Assembly (NCBI GenBank): GCA_951406725.2
Contig: OX597814.1
Coordinates: forward strand, 72,974,001-73,038,000
Direction of reading: 5' to 3'
DNA length: 64,000 bases
Source: Octopus vulgaris
Lineage: Eukaryota
Position numbers and translations under genes: made by a program. Each line of letters starts with the position of its first letter. Within the stretch, counting starts at the first letter, position 1. This document shows positions 39,579 through 53,315 of the stretch, in pieces. Under the pieces are notes generated by a model. That model did not search any database. It saw only the letters and a list, made by a program, of their open reading frames with translations, and had not been told where the DNA came from.

Positions 39579-40519
39579 ACCAGAAGAACGTTCTATACCA
39601 CTAAACCAAGAATGTTCTTTGAATATGTACAATGTATTTTAAGACTAAATACTAATTTTGTTTGCATAACTGAGATAATTTGGTTGGATTATATAGTTAT
39701 CAGTTTTACACCTCTTTCTATATTCTGTAACTGTCACAATATAGAAACATTTCTCATGGCACCAGCACACAATTTACAGATTGTTTACATTTCTTATGTT
39801 TTCCGTTAATTTTTCTTAGATCCAGTTAGTTATTCACTAATTTATCTATGTACCCATACAGTTTCATCTATTCCATGCCGTATGTTATAGTAAACTTAAG
39901 AAACCCTATGTTCAGTTCAATTCTCTCTCACTTTAACACTCGTTTTAAAAATTATCATAATTTTTATTCATTTATTTATTGATCTATTTTTGTCAGTTTG
40001 GCTAACTACATACTGTAGGTTATAGCTATGGTTAAAATTAAGAATGCAATGCTCAATTCTGTTTCACTCTATGGCGCTTTTTATAATAATTATTATTGTT
40101 ATTCATTTAGCAATATATTATGGCAAAGTTAAGAAATCCAATTATTCAATTCTGTTTACTCTTGCTCTAAATCTCAATTCCCATCTCTTCATGTTTTGTC
40201 TTTGACCAGCCCTAATTCTGGGCTCTCTCCCTTTGTTTCATTAACTATTTGCTTTCCCATGTTGACTGTTGCTTTGTCTGTGGTTGTGCCACATCAACTT
40301 CAGCTAGGGAATAGGGCAGCTTCAGTGCTCTGCCATTCGCAGTGCAAAACCTCTAATGGCTTACTGTATAGAATGCTTCCTCCTCTCTTCCCCTTCCATC
40401 CCTGCCTAGTGTCTATCTCCTGTTGAATGTCATGATTATGTAGCAAATAAAATGGTGTAGTGTATGCAGGTTAAAGTTATTGTATGTTTACAACATCTGC
40501 CAAATGCAAGCTTTCTTTT

Positions 40520-43080
40520 CAGATGCATAATGCTGCTGTCCCCCATCCCAGGGTCTTGCTGGCCCAAACTTTTCACACCCTCAGAGTTGGCACATTGAAA
40601 GGTAGGTCTGGTGAGATTGTTGAGATGCTTGAACGGAGACATGTAGATTTGTGCTGCATCCAAGAAGTAAGGTGGAGAGGAAGTTCTGCTAGGTTCCTCA
40701 CAGGCAAAGAACATAGGTATAAGATTTTCTGGGTAGGGAACACTGATGGGGTTGGGGGTGTGGGTATACTCCTTCCAGAGAAATGGGTCGATAAAGTAAT
40801 TGAGGTAGTCAGAGTCTGTGATAGAATACTTAAGCTTAGACTAGTGCTGCAACATGGATTAGCAACCATTACCTTGGCTTATGAACAGAAAGACTGATTT
40901 TATGACACCCTCTTTCAGACTACCTCATCAACGAATGACAGGGACCTTCTCTTTGTGGCTAGTGACTTCAACGGGTATATTAGACAACATCTTGGTTCCT
41001 GCAATGATAAGAAAACCAAGCTGCTAGAGTTCTGTGATGCAAATGACCTTATGGTTTGAAATACTAACTTCGGGAAACCTGCCAGTCACCTGTTCACTTA
41101 CCAGTCTGGTGGGCACACTAGGACTACATCCTCACCAGGAAATGGGATAGATGGTTACTTATAAATGCCAAAACCTCTCCAGTTGAAGAATGTACCCCAC
41201 AACATAAGTTAGTAGTTAGCAACTTCAGGATCAGGGCTAAATGGCTGCCCAGAAGATGACCATGCAAAAGAAGGGTCTCGATGCTTAATTATCCTCTGAA
41301 TGGACAAAGATTTAGAGATGTATTACTTCAAGCTTTTGATGAAAAAGGGAAAGATATAGCATCACATAATGTGGACGACAACTGGAAGTTTCTATGGGAC
41401 AACCTGTTGAGGGCCACTGACCAGATCTGTGACTTGTGCAAAGTCCCATCTTGACCTAAGGTAATGTGGTGGTGGAACAATGTAGTTGATAAGGCCATTA
41501 GGGAAAAGATGCTGTATTTCTTGTAAGACAGCTGCAGGAGAAATTCCTAGTAAAAGATAAACCTCTGTACTTGGCTTTCGTTGACATGGAGAAAGCCTTT
41601 GACAGGGTTCCCCAATCCCTTATCTGATGGTCAATGTGGAAACTAGGGAGAGATGAGTGGTTGGTGAGAGCTGTATAGGGATGCGGTCAGTAAGGTGAGG
41701 GTTGGCAATGAGTACAGTGAAGAATTCCAGGTAGAAGTAGGGGTTCACCAAGGACCAGCTCCATCTTATTCATCATAGTCATCCAGGCAATAACAGAGGA
41801 ATTCAAGACAGGCTGCCCCTGGGAACTCCTCTATGCTAGTGACCTTGCTCTAATTGCTAAGTCACTACCAGAACTAGAGGAGAAGTTTCAGGTGTGGAAG
41901 CAAGATCTAGAATTGAAGGACCTTAGAGTTAATGTAGCAAAAATCGAAGTCTTAGTATGTAGGAAGGCAGACAAATCACAAATCCTTTCAGGTAAATGGC
42001 CCTGCTTGATCTGTAGAAAAGGCATAAGTAGAAACTCCATAAGATGTACCCGGTGTAAGCTATGGACATGTAAGAGGTGCAGCAATATCAAAGGAAGGTT
42101 AACTGAGAAGATAGTTTTTGTGTATGGCAGATGCACTGGGGCAATAAACACCAAAGATGTAGAGAAAACAGATTCCATCACATGCCAGGGGGTAAAACTT
42201 GAAGTATTTGATAGCTTCTGTTACCCAGGTGACCTAGTCATTAATGGGGTAGATGCTCTCAGAGCGTAGCTACTAGAATAAGAGTAGCCTGGGCAAAGTT
42301 CAGAGAGCTCCTACCTCTGCTGGTAACAAAGGGCCTCTCACTCACAGTAAAAGTAGACTGTATGATGCATGTGTGTTAATAGTCATGCTATATGGCAGTG
42401 AAACATGGGCTGTGACTGCTGAGGACATGCATAGGCTTGAAAGAAATAAAGCTAGTATGCTCCACTGGATGTGTAATGTCATTGTCCATACACAACAGTG
42501 TAAGCGCCTGAGAGAAAAGTTGAACATAAGAAGCATCAGATGTAGTGTGCAAGAGAGATGACTGCACTGGTATGGTCACGTATTGCATATGGATGAGGAT
42601 AGCTGTGTGAAGAAGTGCCACACCTTAACAGTAGAAGGAACTTGTGGAAGAGGTAAACCCAGGAAGACCTAGGATGAGGTGGTGAAGCACAACCTTCAAA
42701 CGTTGGACCTCACAGAGGCAATGATAAGCAACCAAGACCTTTGGAGATATGCTATACTTGAGAAGACCTGGCAAGCCAAGTGAGATCATAGCTGATGCCA
42801 GTGTTGCATAACTGGCCTATTTAAAAGTACCCTTCAATTGTCGAGCAATATGCTGTGCTTGAGAAGACTCTGTTGAGTCAAATGAAATCATTGCCGGTGG
42901 TATGTAAATGTGGTCAATGTCAGTGCCACCTGACTGGCTCCCATGCTGGTGGTGTATAAAAAGCACCATTCAGGCATAGTCAATGCCAGGGCTGCCTGAC
43001 TGGCCCCCATGCCAGTGACACATAAAAAGCACCCACTACACTCTCAGAGTGGTTGGCATTAGGAAGGACATCCAGCTGTC
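40520..43080 (+). mobile_element. RTE-clade LINE, degenerate and internally deleted
   Basis: APE (VGTLKGRSGEIVEMLERRHVDLCCIQEVRW), RT (AFVDMEKAFDRVP, GVHQG, ELLYASD), PHD-like C..C..C..C insertion, LYGSETW, and a 3' UTR with tandem units. Large deletion at ~41508. Confidence 0.92.
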
Positions 43081-43215
43081 TCACAAGAATAGAGAATTTC
43101 TTCAGATAGCAACACTTATTTAGTAAAATATAATGTCTGTTGACAGGATATTTACCTTATATATTTTATGATACTGCATTTTTAATGTATTTCAAATCAA
43201 ATGGAATTATTTTAG

Positions 43216-43363
43216 AAATTAGCCAGGAAAGAAACAGAGAAGGAAGCTGAAACTGGAAAATACAAGATGGAAATTAACCAGTTACACAGTAAATTAGATG
43301 CAGAAGCTCAAATCCAGAGAGAACTGAAGAACAAACTGTTAGAAATGGAACAAAAGTTATCTG
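43216..43363 (+). CDS. LRRC45: LRRC45-like gene, exon F
   Basis: ttttag|AAATTA...TTATCTG|gtaaat; KLARKETEKEAETGKYKMEINQLHSKLDAEAQIQRELKNKLLEMEQKLS; phase 0-1. Confidence 0.82.
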
Positions 43364-43981
43364 GTAAATTTAATTATCTTTGTTTGATGGATATTTAATT
43401 AAATGGAATTGAAATTAAATACAGATCTACTTTTTGCACTAGATATTTATACCAGCATGAAAAATATACTGAGAAACTGATCTATGCAGTCTACAATTTC
43501 CAGATCTACTTTTGTAGAGTGTTGTGATGAAGGTTGCTGGTAGACTACAATTTAATGTTTAATAACCCTATTATGGAAGGAGTGTGTTATGTTACATTGT
43601 TTCACTTTTGAATATAGGAGTGTATGGCTCTGTAGTAACATTAAAAATAAATCCTTAATAAAATATTTCTTCTCGGTGTCTGTGAACTTTAATTTGATTA
43701 GTTGACAGACAAATCAACATAACACTCTCTTTCCTGTTATATGCTCACTAAATCTTACCTTACTCAGGGTAGCTGCAATTCTAGCCCAATGCTAGTGTAC
43801 AAGTATGATGGAAAATTTTACAGTGAGTAAGTTTGAGTAAAAAAGAGAGGAGAATTAAATTTAAAATTTATTAAAATTAACCTTGAAAATAATACTTAAA
43901 CACAAAAATTATTTTATTCATTGTTGCAAATATGCATTTTCATTTATAATAGTTTATGATTTTTTTTAAATGTATTTACAG

Positions 43982-44154
43982 AACATGATAACATTTACAA
44001 AGTAATGATGAAAAAACATGAAGTGGAATTGGCAAGCTTACATGAACAACTACGTACAAAAGGTAGCCAATTAAATTGCCTTTGCGATGAAGTAACACAG
44101 CGAGCTCAGTCTTTACAATCAGCTGTATCAATCACCAGGACATCACTTTCCTGA
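43982..44154 (+). CDS. LRRC45: LRRC45-like gene, terminal coding exon
   Basis: tttacag|AACATG...TCCTGA; (E)HDNIYKVMMKKHEVELASLHEQLRTKGSQLNCLCDEVTQRAQSLQSAVSITRTSLS*. The DE..QRA..LQ.AV ending resembles the vertebrate LRRC45 C-terminus as I recall it. Confidence 0.8.
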
Positions 44155-45384
44155 AACATTTTTCACTAATCCATAAAAAGAATTTACCATATTTTTTTCT
44201 ATTCCATATGTTTTTACTTGACTAACAAAAAAAAAAGAACTTTAATTAACATTTAGTTATTTAAAGACAGCCTCTCCACCAATTCAATAATATTTGCATT
44301 ACTGTTGACTTTGCATTTCATTGGTTTATTGATTTTTCCTGTTGTAGTTAAGTAAGTAAATCTGGACCTGTTAATCATCTTGTGACTATATTTCTAATGA
44401 AATACTTTGTCTGTGCTTTAATTAATTTTCAAAATAAGCAAGAATTTGATTTAGCAAAGATTTAGTAAATTAATAAACTTTGTCATTACAAATTTGGTGT
44501 TTGGAACATAAAAGAATTCTTATATAGAATTTTTAGAAGTTGGTTTTAAATTAAATATGAACACTTTAAAACATCATTTTCTTTCATTGTAATAGGGGGT
44601 GGTTTCAGGTGAGTTAGCATCAAAGCAGTTAAATTAAACTTTACTGTTGCGTATAACCTGCTGAGCACACATATCTGAATATAAATTAACATTTTCATAA
44701 CATTCTATATCAGTTAGTTTATTGTGAGACATAAAGTCTGTGACTCTTGGTCCATCAATGTTTCTCAATCTATAACATTGAATCATATTTCTTTATGAAG
44801 TTTTTCACTGTTTTCATATTTAAACATCATCGATAATAACAAGGAGTAAAATAAGAAACTGATGACTAAAATGGAATCCTTTTAGTTCTCAGAAGTATCT
44901 GAGGTAAGTTCTTTGAGAGATCTTTTAGGATATGTTCTGTGGCTATAAGTCAAAGTCAAATTAAAATGGATAGAAATCATGTTGATGGGAAATTAGATTC
45001 TGATTAATTTAACTTAACTAAAAAGAATAATATAGACAAATACACAAATGTTTCAAAAATATATTTAAGAAATCATGATAATTTGTTAATTCCAAATAAT
45101 TTTTTCTCTTTTTTTAAATTAAGTATTTGTCATATAAAAATTTTACAGATTTAAAATAAAACCGAGGAAAATTTTGTGTGTCTGCTTCTTTTTTATTGTT
45201 TTTTGCTTGTGAATGTAATGTGTACACCTCAGAGATGTATAAGTATAAATTTGTATTTGCACAAAAACCAGAAAGAAAGCAAATATATAGTTACTGGAAA
45301 TTTTCTCTAAAGAAATAAGTTGTGAATGTTTGTGTGCAGCATCTAAGATGTGTATATGTGTTGAAATACATATATTGGTATGTA

Positions 45385-46634
45385 TTGGGTCATCACATAA
45401 ATAATGTGGTTTTTTTTATTCTTTTATTTTTCAAAATTAAGATAATCAAAGTTCTCTTTTCATCAAATATATTCTCTCTTTCATTTCATACAATGCTCTT
45501 CCATCTATCTGGTAGACTTGCAAGGCCCTTCTTCCAAAATTCACTTGTCTGTGACAAAAAATACTCCTCCAGTACTGTTCTGACCTCGTCTACAAAATTC
45601 ATATTTTTTCCGTCCAAATGATTTTGAAGACTGCAGAATAAATGATAATCAGATGGAGCAATGTCCAGCGAATAGGGTGGGTGGGGCATCATTTTCCATT
45701 CAAACTGCTCCAGCCTTTGAAATGTCATCCTTGCTGTATGTGGCCAAGCATTATCCTGATGGAAAAACACCTTTTGTCTTGAAACCAAAGATGGTTGTTT
45801 TTCTTCTAGCATTGACTTAAGCTGCTCACAGTAGATTTTGTTATCATTTGGTTTGGGTTTAAAAGTTCAAAGTGGACTAATCTTTTCATATCCCACCAAA
45901 CAAATAACAACACCTCATGTGGGTGAAGACCTTCTTTAGCCTGGGGTGTCGGTGTTTTTCCTTTCCCTACCCACCTTTTTCGGCACTTGACATTTTTATA
46001 GAAAACCTGTTTTTTGTCACCAGTCACTATATGATCCAAAAAAGGTTCATTTGTGAGATATAACAGCAAAAGAGAGCACACAATTAAAATTGGAAAGTTT
46101 GTGAGTAACCCATTGACCCAATTTGCTGACTTTTCGGATGGTACACAAGTGTTGATGAATGGTTGACAAACTAAGCTTCTCTACTAGTTCCTCAACACTT
46201 GCGATGGGATTTTGTTCCACCAGGGTTTGCAGGACATCCTCGTCAAGCTCTACCAATCTTCCAGGATGTGGCTTGTCTTCTAGGCTGTAGTTTCTAGCTC
46301 AGAATTTCTGGAACCACCATTGACACTGGCTTACGCTTATTGTCCAATCCCCATATACTGCATTAATATTCCTCACACTTTCTGTTGCATTATTGCCTTT
46401 ATTGAACTCAAAAAGCAAAATATGCCAAATATGCTCATTTGTCACTTCCATTATAGCATTGAAAAAATAACTGTTAAAATCGAACTGCACTCTTCAAAAC
46501 TTGCACTAAGAATAAGGACAAAGTAAAATTACTACCTGCTTTTATAGCAAGTTGATGCAGGTAGTTTATCACATCCTCCTCCAACTTTTAGTTCATGCAA
46601 GTAAAAAAACCGCATTATTTACAGGATGACCCAA
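45385..46634 (-). mobile_element. Mariner DNA transposon, degenerate
   Basis: TA|TTGGGTCATC...GATGACCCAA|TA. Relics include KLGQWVTHKL, IVTGDKK, HQDNAWPH and HPPYSLDIAPSDYHLF. Confidence 0.93.
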
Positions 46635-46746
46635 TAAATGTTTGTGTTTATTAAAGTTTCCTGTACATAGCATGGTACACATGTTGCATGTGTGTACATC
46701 TATGGATATACATACATGTAAATACACACACATATACATCCATGCA

Positions 46747-46779
<33 letters not shown>

Positions 46780-47519
46780 CCATATATAAAATCATCCTTT
46801 ATCATTGGCCAATCATATTTTCACAGAATATTGGTAATGAATAACACTGCTTGTATGACAGTGACACTCATTTACAACTATGTATATATACATACATATA
46901 TTTATACCTACATACTTACATGTAGGATGGCTGCAACTTAATTTTGAGAAATGCCACCACTTAATTATTCTTTTAAACATGAGCAGCACAGTTCTGCTAG
47001 GTACTTACACACTTTTGCACAGATGTGGAAATGATGGGTGTCTCTTACAGCAGATATTAAGAGTTCTTACCATCCATACAGACACATGCCTTCATTCTAG
47101 CATGGAAATTTTCATTGAGTGTTTTGCCTTTCCTGGCTAACACATAATAAAGATGTTAAAAGTTAATCAACACCTTTTTAAAGGGAGAAAGGGCCTTGCA
47201 TGGAATCAGTCCCACTCTCTAAACAATGTATGCATTTGCCTATAAAGAAAAACTAGTCTACATCATTGGATGGAAATGAAGTTGCAAATATTACATGAGT
47301 TTTCCTTCTAAAGAGTCAAAGGGTCTCTTACTCCTAGCTGTTGGACATCCATTGACTCTGGTGAGTTCATCCATCCTTGCCAGGTTTTGTTTCTCATCCT
47401 GCAGGAACCCTCCTTATCAGAAACACACACACACACACACACACATTTGACTATAATTCAAAAACTTCAGGATGGGAAAACACCTAGAAGAGACTTGATT
47501 GCTGGATACTGGTTGCTAT

Positions 47520-47849
47520 ATGGCTGTGAAAAGATGGAAAACTGCAAACCAGACTAGCAGCATCTCCATTAATGACTTAACTGTTTCTCCTGTATATGAT
47601 GAAGAATGTTACAGGTATCTAGAGGTAGATGGAATCATATCTTCTAATGGTACCTGTAACAAAGTACATGTCACTAAAGAATATTACAGCTGGATAAGGA
47701 AAGTATGGACTTCAGAACTCTCTGTATTCAATGAAACAGTGGCCCACAATGTGTTTGCAGTACCAAAACCAGAAAGGAGAAAGCTGATTAGAAAATTACA
47801 GATTCAAGCCATCACTGGAACTATCAAAATTTGTAAAACTTCCCAATAG
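47520..47849 (+). mobile_element. R4/Dong-like (RLE) non-LTR fragment with internal deletion
   Basis: YRYLEV...VTKEYYSWIRKVWTSELSVFNETVAHNVFAVP is joined directly to the C-terminal LQIQAITGTIKICKT. Confidence 0.6.
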
Positions 47850-49496
47850 TTTAGTATATATGTATATATGCACATGTCTAGACATGCAACCATATGCATG
47901 AGAAAACATACATAAAACAAAACATACATAAAACTAATCATACAAGTCTGCACAAGCATTGACTCCAAATATTGGACACATTCACACAAACATGCACAAA
48001 TACCCTGTTGATGCTGTTGAAATTCCAGTGAAGGAACCTCGTATCTAGGTTAGAAACTGGCTCTCTTTCACTCTCTTTACTGATAAGAAATCTTGAAATA
48101 AAACGGAACAACAAACAAGTAAGCATATACACATGCATGCATCCCACCATCCCCTACCCCAACCCTACACACATTTGCCTCCTGGTCACTCCTCAACAAA
48201 AATCTGATCTTGTCACCACTTGCAGGCACAAGACATTTGAGACCTTTTACATTGTAAAAGATCCACATTGTACCATTTCCAAGTGGGATAGGGTGGCATG
48301 ATAAAACACATATGCATGAAATACTATTACTTGCCCACTTTACACTGACATTTTTGCAGTTATTTTTAATTGTATTTGTCTTAGTATAAAATTGTATTTG
48401 TCTTAGTATGAAACTAGCAACCTAGAAACTTGTCGAGGACCGCAGGTTGCTCATGCATTTTTTACAACTACCAACTTACAAAGAGAGTAATTTTATATCA
48501 TTCACGCACACTTGTATACATACTACAACACATTATCAATGGACAAAACCACATCTGCACACCACCCAACACTTTGTTACATTTGGCACATAAATGAATT
48601 ACACTCTATGTTAACACTCCCTACACACACACACAAAACAAAGCAAAGACTACATTCTCTATTAGCTGGAAACACAAAAATATACATAAACTAGGCTACA
48701 CACTGTTACCAACGATCACAAAAACATACACAAATTCATCAACTCACACCAATTTGACCATATTATGCAATCACTCAACACCATCAGAACTGCATAGACA
48801 CACACACACACACACACACATGTATGTATGGATGGATGGATGTACACATATACTTACCTGCCAAACTGTAGTCACACTCATGAATAAACACAAACAATAT
48901 ACATACACATTGATCCACACACACATAAACCTTAAACACAGACAGCAACCACAAATACACAAACGCCTGAAAGCTTACATACCTGAAACAGTATGAGAAC
49001 ACCACATACATACAGATATGCGCAATACACATATACAAGTACAAATATATGCATGTGTGTGCATGCACACACACACACACATTTGTTTCCAAGAAACAAG
49101 CATTTACTGTTTCATAAGATTGTATTTCACTTTCAATTTCATGTTTGATATGTGTGTGTGTCTAGATTGAGATGTATTCACAATAGTTGCACATGAACAC
49201 ATGCATAAATAGAGCCTTATGAAAGTACAATTGTCTCCTCCATGGAAACAAGTAGACATATCGAAGTGATAAAAATCTAGAATCTGTCAATAAAATGGTG
49301 ATTGATTAAGCTGACATAATTTGACTAGATCTATGCTCTCCAGAGACATATTCTGTTTTACAACAAAACATAATTATAGAAAATATCATACTGGTTTTCA
49401 GTTTACTATCATCAGAATATATGATGTAAAAGAGTTCATTTAAAAAACACACAAGTCTATATATGTATGTATGTATGTATGTATATATATATAGAC

Positions 49497-50148
49497 TAGG
49501 TGGTGAAGCACGACCTTCGAACATTAGGTCTCACCATGGAAATGACTAGAGACCGAGACCTATGGAAGTATGCTGTGCGTGAGAAGACCCGACAAGACTA
49601 GTGAAGCCATAACCCGTGGCCCTTACCTGGGACGTAGTCAGTCCACCTGTGCATACCTTCCTCCTTGTGACACTTGTGAAGACCTGTTGAGGCAAGTGAA
49701 AATCAAAATCAAAATCAAAATCAAATCAAATCAAACCAAATAAAAATAGATGAACATCAATGGAATTTGTATCCTTGTGGGTGGCACATAAGAAAACCAT
49801 CCGAACGTGACCGTAGCCAGTACCGCATCGACTGGCCTCCGTGCTGTGGGCACGTAACAAACAACATCCGAGCGTGGCCGTTCGCCAGCCTCGTCTGGCA
49901 CCTGTGTCGGTGGCACATAAAAACACCATCCGAGCGTGGCCGTCTGCCAGCCTCGTCTGGCACCTGTGTCGGTGGCACATAAAATCACCCACTACACTCT
50001 CGGAGTGGTTGGTGTTAGGAAGGGCATCCAGCTGTAGAAACACTGCCAGATCTGACTGGCCTGGTGCAGCCTTCGAGCTTGCCAGACCCCAGTTGAACCG
50101 TCCAACCCATGCTAGCATGGAAAGCGGACATTAAACGATGATGATGAT
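49497..50148 (+). mobile_element. RTE LINE 3' end
   Basis: ORF end (VVKHDLRTLGL...DRDLWKYAVREKTRQD*), 3' UTR tandem units, (GAT)n tail. Confidence 0.9.
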
Positions 50149-50160
50149 ATATATATATAT

Positions 50161-51012
50161 TATTTAACGTCCGCTTTCCATGCTAGCATGGATTGGACGA
50201 TTTTGACTGAGGGCTGGCGAGCCAGATGGCTGCACCAGGCTCCAATCTTGATCTGGCAGAGTTTCTACAGCTGGATGCCCTTCCTAACGCCAACCACTCT
50301 AAGAGTGTAGTGGGTGCTTTTTATATGCCACCGACACGAGGGTCAGTCAGGCGGTACTGGCAATGACCTCGCTCAAATCTTTTTACACGTGGCACAGGTG
50401 CCAGTGAAGTGACGTTGGTAACGATCACGCTCAAATGGTGCCCTTATACATGCCACAGGTATGGAAGTCAGTTGGCTGCTCTGGCAACGATCACGCTCGG
50501 ATGGTGTTCTTGGCACCCTACTAGCACAAGCATGAGTGCCAGTAATTTGACGCTGGTAACGATCATACTCAAATAGCCGCTCTGTCAACAATCACACTCG
50601 TATGGTGCTCTTTGCACCCCGCTAGCACAGATGCCAGTCATCGAATTGATTTTGATTTCACTTGCCTCAACAGGTCTTCGCAAGCAGAGTTTAGTGACCA
50701 AAGAAGGAAAAGGTATGCATAAGCGGGCTGGTTACGTTCCTGGCATAAGCCACAGGTTATGGTCTCATTTGGCTTGCCGGGTCTTCTCAATTACAGCATA
50801 TTTCCAAAAGTCTCAGTCACTAGTCATTTCCTTGGTGAAGCCTAATGTTCGAAGGTCGTACTTCACCACTTCATCCCAGGTCTTCCTGGGTCTACCTCTT
50901 CCACAGGTTCCCTCAACCGCTAGAGTGTGGCACTTTTTCACACAGCTATCCTCATCCATTCTTGCCACATGACCATACCAGAGCAGTCATCTCTCTTGCA
51001 CACCACATCTTG
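50161..51012 (-). mobile_element. RTE LINE 3' end (tail-to-tail with the previous copy)
   Basis: Reverse complement of the RTE C-terminus (GTCGRGRPRKTWDEVV) and 3' UTR. Confidence 0.9.
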
Positions 51013-51388
51013 GTGAGTGTGAATATATATAAATATGTATATATATGTATGTATGTATGTATGTATTTATGTATGTATGTATGTATGTATGCATGTATAT
51101 GTATAGTTTAGGACAATCAGTAAGTTGTCATAATAGGACTCAGAGTTTCAAATGCTGTTGAATAAAAATGAAGTTACTCTAATAGGTAAGAAAAAAATAT
51201 AAAAGATAAAAAAATCCACGCAACCTTATTCCCACAATACATAGAAACCTCCTGTGTTCATAACGTCTACATGCATACACACTCACACAAACATGTTATA
51301 TATACATGCCCATACACACACTAACATATATGTGCATTTATGTACTCATACACATATCCACACACACGCACACATGCATATATATATA

Positions 51389-51436
<48 letters not shown>

Positions 51437-51599
51437 CACGTATATATGCATGCAACTTCACCTCATATACGCATACATGCACATGAACATGGCAGTGCCC
51501 CAGCAAAATGGCGGTGCCCCAGCATGGCCACAGCTTGTGAGCTGAAACTAGATAAAATAAAGATAAAAAATAAAATAAACTCATACAGGCATACATTCA

Positions 51600-52145
51600 C
51601 ACTCACCAAGATCCTTCAAAAAACAGAGGCCCTTATAACTATTAAGGACCATAAAAACAACTTCCTATCTAATCCTAACTGCTGACTAATTAACAATGCA
51701 AAATCAGAAATTGATATAATTGGTAAAGAAATTTAATCAATGCTAAAGTTAGAGGAGCAACTAATTTAGTACAATGGTCCAATAGCATAGAAGTTGTTAG
51801 CTGGTTTAAAGCAATTAGAAATAAGAATAAAGCAAGATTTACACCAATTTGATATTGTAGATTTCTATGCATCTATTTCTAGAAAACTGCTAGATAAAGC
51901 CCTCACTTTCGCAAGCAGAGATTAATACACAAGATAAGGATATAATCCTCCATGCTAGAAAGACCTTACTCTTCAGCAAGAACACAGAATGGGTTAAGAC
52001 AGCTGACACAGAGGGTTCTTTCAATGTAAGCATGAGGTCATATGATGGAGCAGGCATATGAGATCTCATTGGGCTATTCCTGCTTGGTACATTAGGAAAA
52101 GTTTTTCCTGGTGTATATTTTGCTATTTATAAGGATGATGCTCCT
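51600..52145 (+). mobile_element. PLE RT fragment (third family), degenerate
   Basis: ALITIKDHKNNFLSNPNC*LIN, FDIVDFYASIS, ILHARKTLLF, FNVSMRSYDGA, IYKDD across stops and frameshifts. Confidence 0.75.
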
Positions 52146-52149
52146 TATG

Positions 52150-52193
52150 AGAACCTGCGTTCTCATTCCAAAGGATTTTTTTCAATGTTGTTG

Positions 52194-52238
<45 letters not shown>

Positions 52239-52355
52239 TCTGCCTGGAATCGAAACGGAATTTTGGGGTTAGAAGCCCGTACTCTTAACCACTACACTAT
52301 ATGCCCATGGGCAAGATTCCAAGTTCGATTCCAGGCAGTGACCTGAATAATAATT

Positions 52356-52386
<31 letters not shown>

Positions 52387-52540
52387 CAACAACATCCAAA
52401 AAAACCTTAGGAATGAGAAACCAGCTTTGAAATTTCCCCACGACACCTGATGAAGGCTGGAGGGTATATCAGCCAAAATGTTGTGTTAACAATAAACAAG
52501 ATGAGGACAAATATCCATCAATTGTAAATAATGTAAATAG
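52150..52540. mobile_element. tRNA-like head + (AAT)n + hammerhead element, present as an inverted pair
   Basis: The minus copy (~52150-52310) has A-box TAGTGTAGTGG and B-box GTTTCGATTCC. The plus copy (from ~52312) has a B-box, (AAT)n, then a hammerhead core. Confidence 0.7.
52443..52486 (+). ncRNA. Degenerate type I hammerhead ribozyme
   Basis: ACAC-CTGATGA-A-GGCTG(GAGGGTATAT)CAGCC-AAAA-TGTT-GTGT. G12 is mutated to A and stem III is damaged, consistent with CpG decay of CGAAACGTT. Confidence 0.7.
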
Positions 52541-52837
52541 TGTATCTTTGTTAAAGTTTGAAATAAAAAAGACATCTACATATATATGATTTATCTTTGA
52601 AGATGTATTTTCTCTTTTCATAAGTAAGTGGATAATCTAAATATATCCCACCATTTGGAGGATTTTTGTTGTCTCCACTGTAATGTATGAATTCAAATGC
52701 CCACATGAATGAAATTCCCAAATAAGTGCTATATAACACAGACAGGTAGGTAATGGCTACAATCATATGATCATGGTTTTGGTTATATCTGCTTCATTAA
52801 ATCTGACTATGGGTTAAATAACAACACCAACAAGACA

Positions 52838-53315
52838 AGGGTTGGCTGAAAAGTTCATAGGCTGACCAAGATACTCTTATGGAATGTGACCAAATGAGGT
52901 TTTTCAACCTTGTCCCCCTTATGGTTCACATACTTCTTCCATCAGTGTTACAGTTCTTGGATTCCATTGGTGAAGATTTCATCCAGTTGGTCAAAAAAGT
53001 CATCAACTGCAGATATGATGTCATCATCACTGCAATACTGGTTCCCAACCAAAGATTTTCTCAGATTAGGGAACAGATGATAGTCATATGGGACCAAATC
53101 AGGAGAATAGGGAGGGTGATCAACTAGTTCAAAGCCACAGTCATGCACAGCAGCCATTGAAATGAAGGACTTGTGTGCTAGAGCATTGTCCTGATGAAAC
53201 AAAACCCCTTTCATCAGTTTTCCTTGGTCTTTGGTTTTGATAGCCTTTCATAACTGCCACAGCAAGTTGATATAGTACCCTCCATTGATGGTGTGACTCT
53301 TTTGAAGATAATCAA
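52838..53315 (-). mobile_element. Mariner 3' fragment with one TIR
   Basis: GVLFHQDNALAH...DHPPYSPDLVPYDYHLFPNL. Its terminus GGCTGAAAAGTTCATAGGCTGACCAAGATAC also occurs as a solo fragment at ~35875-35910. Confidence 0.9.

Noticed and set aside
37940-40400. Related ~200 bp segments at ~37940-38160 and ~40115-40340 as a possible RTE 5' UTR or HDV-like ribozyme
   Set aside because: It is a real dispersed repeat, but I could not fold it into an HDV-like pseudoknot or tie it to the RTE.
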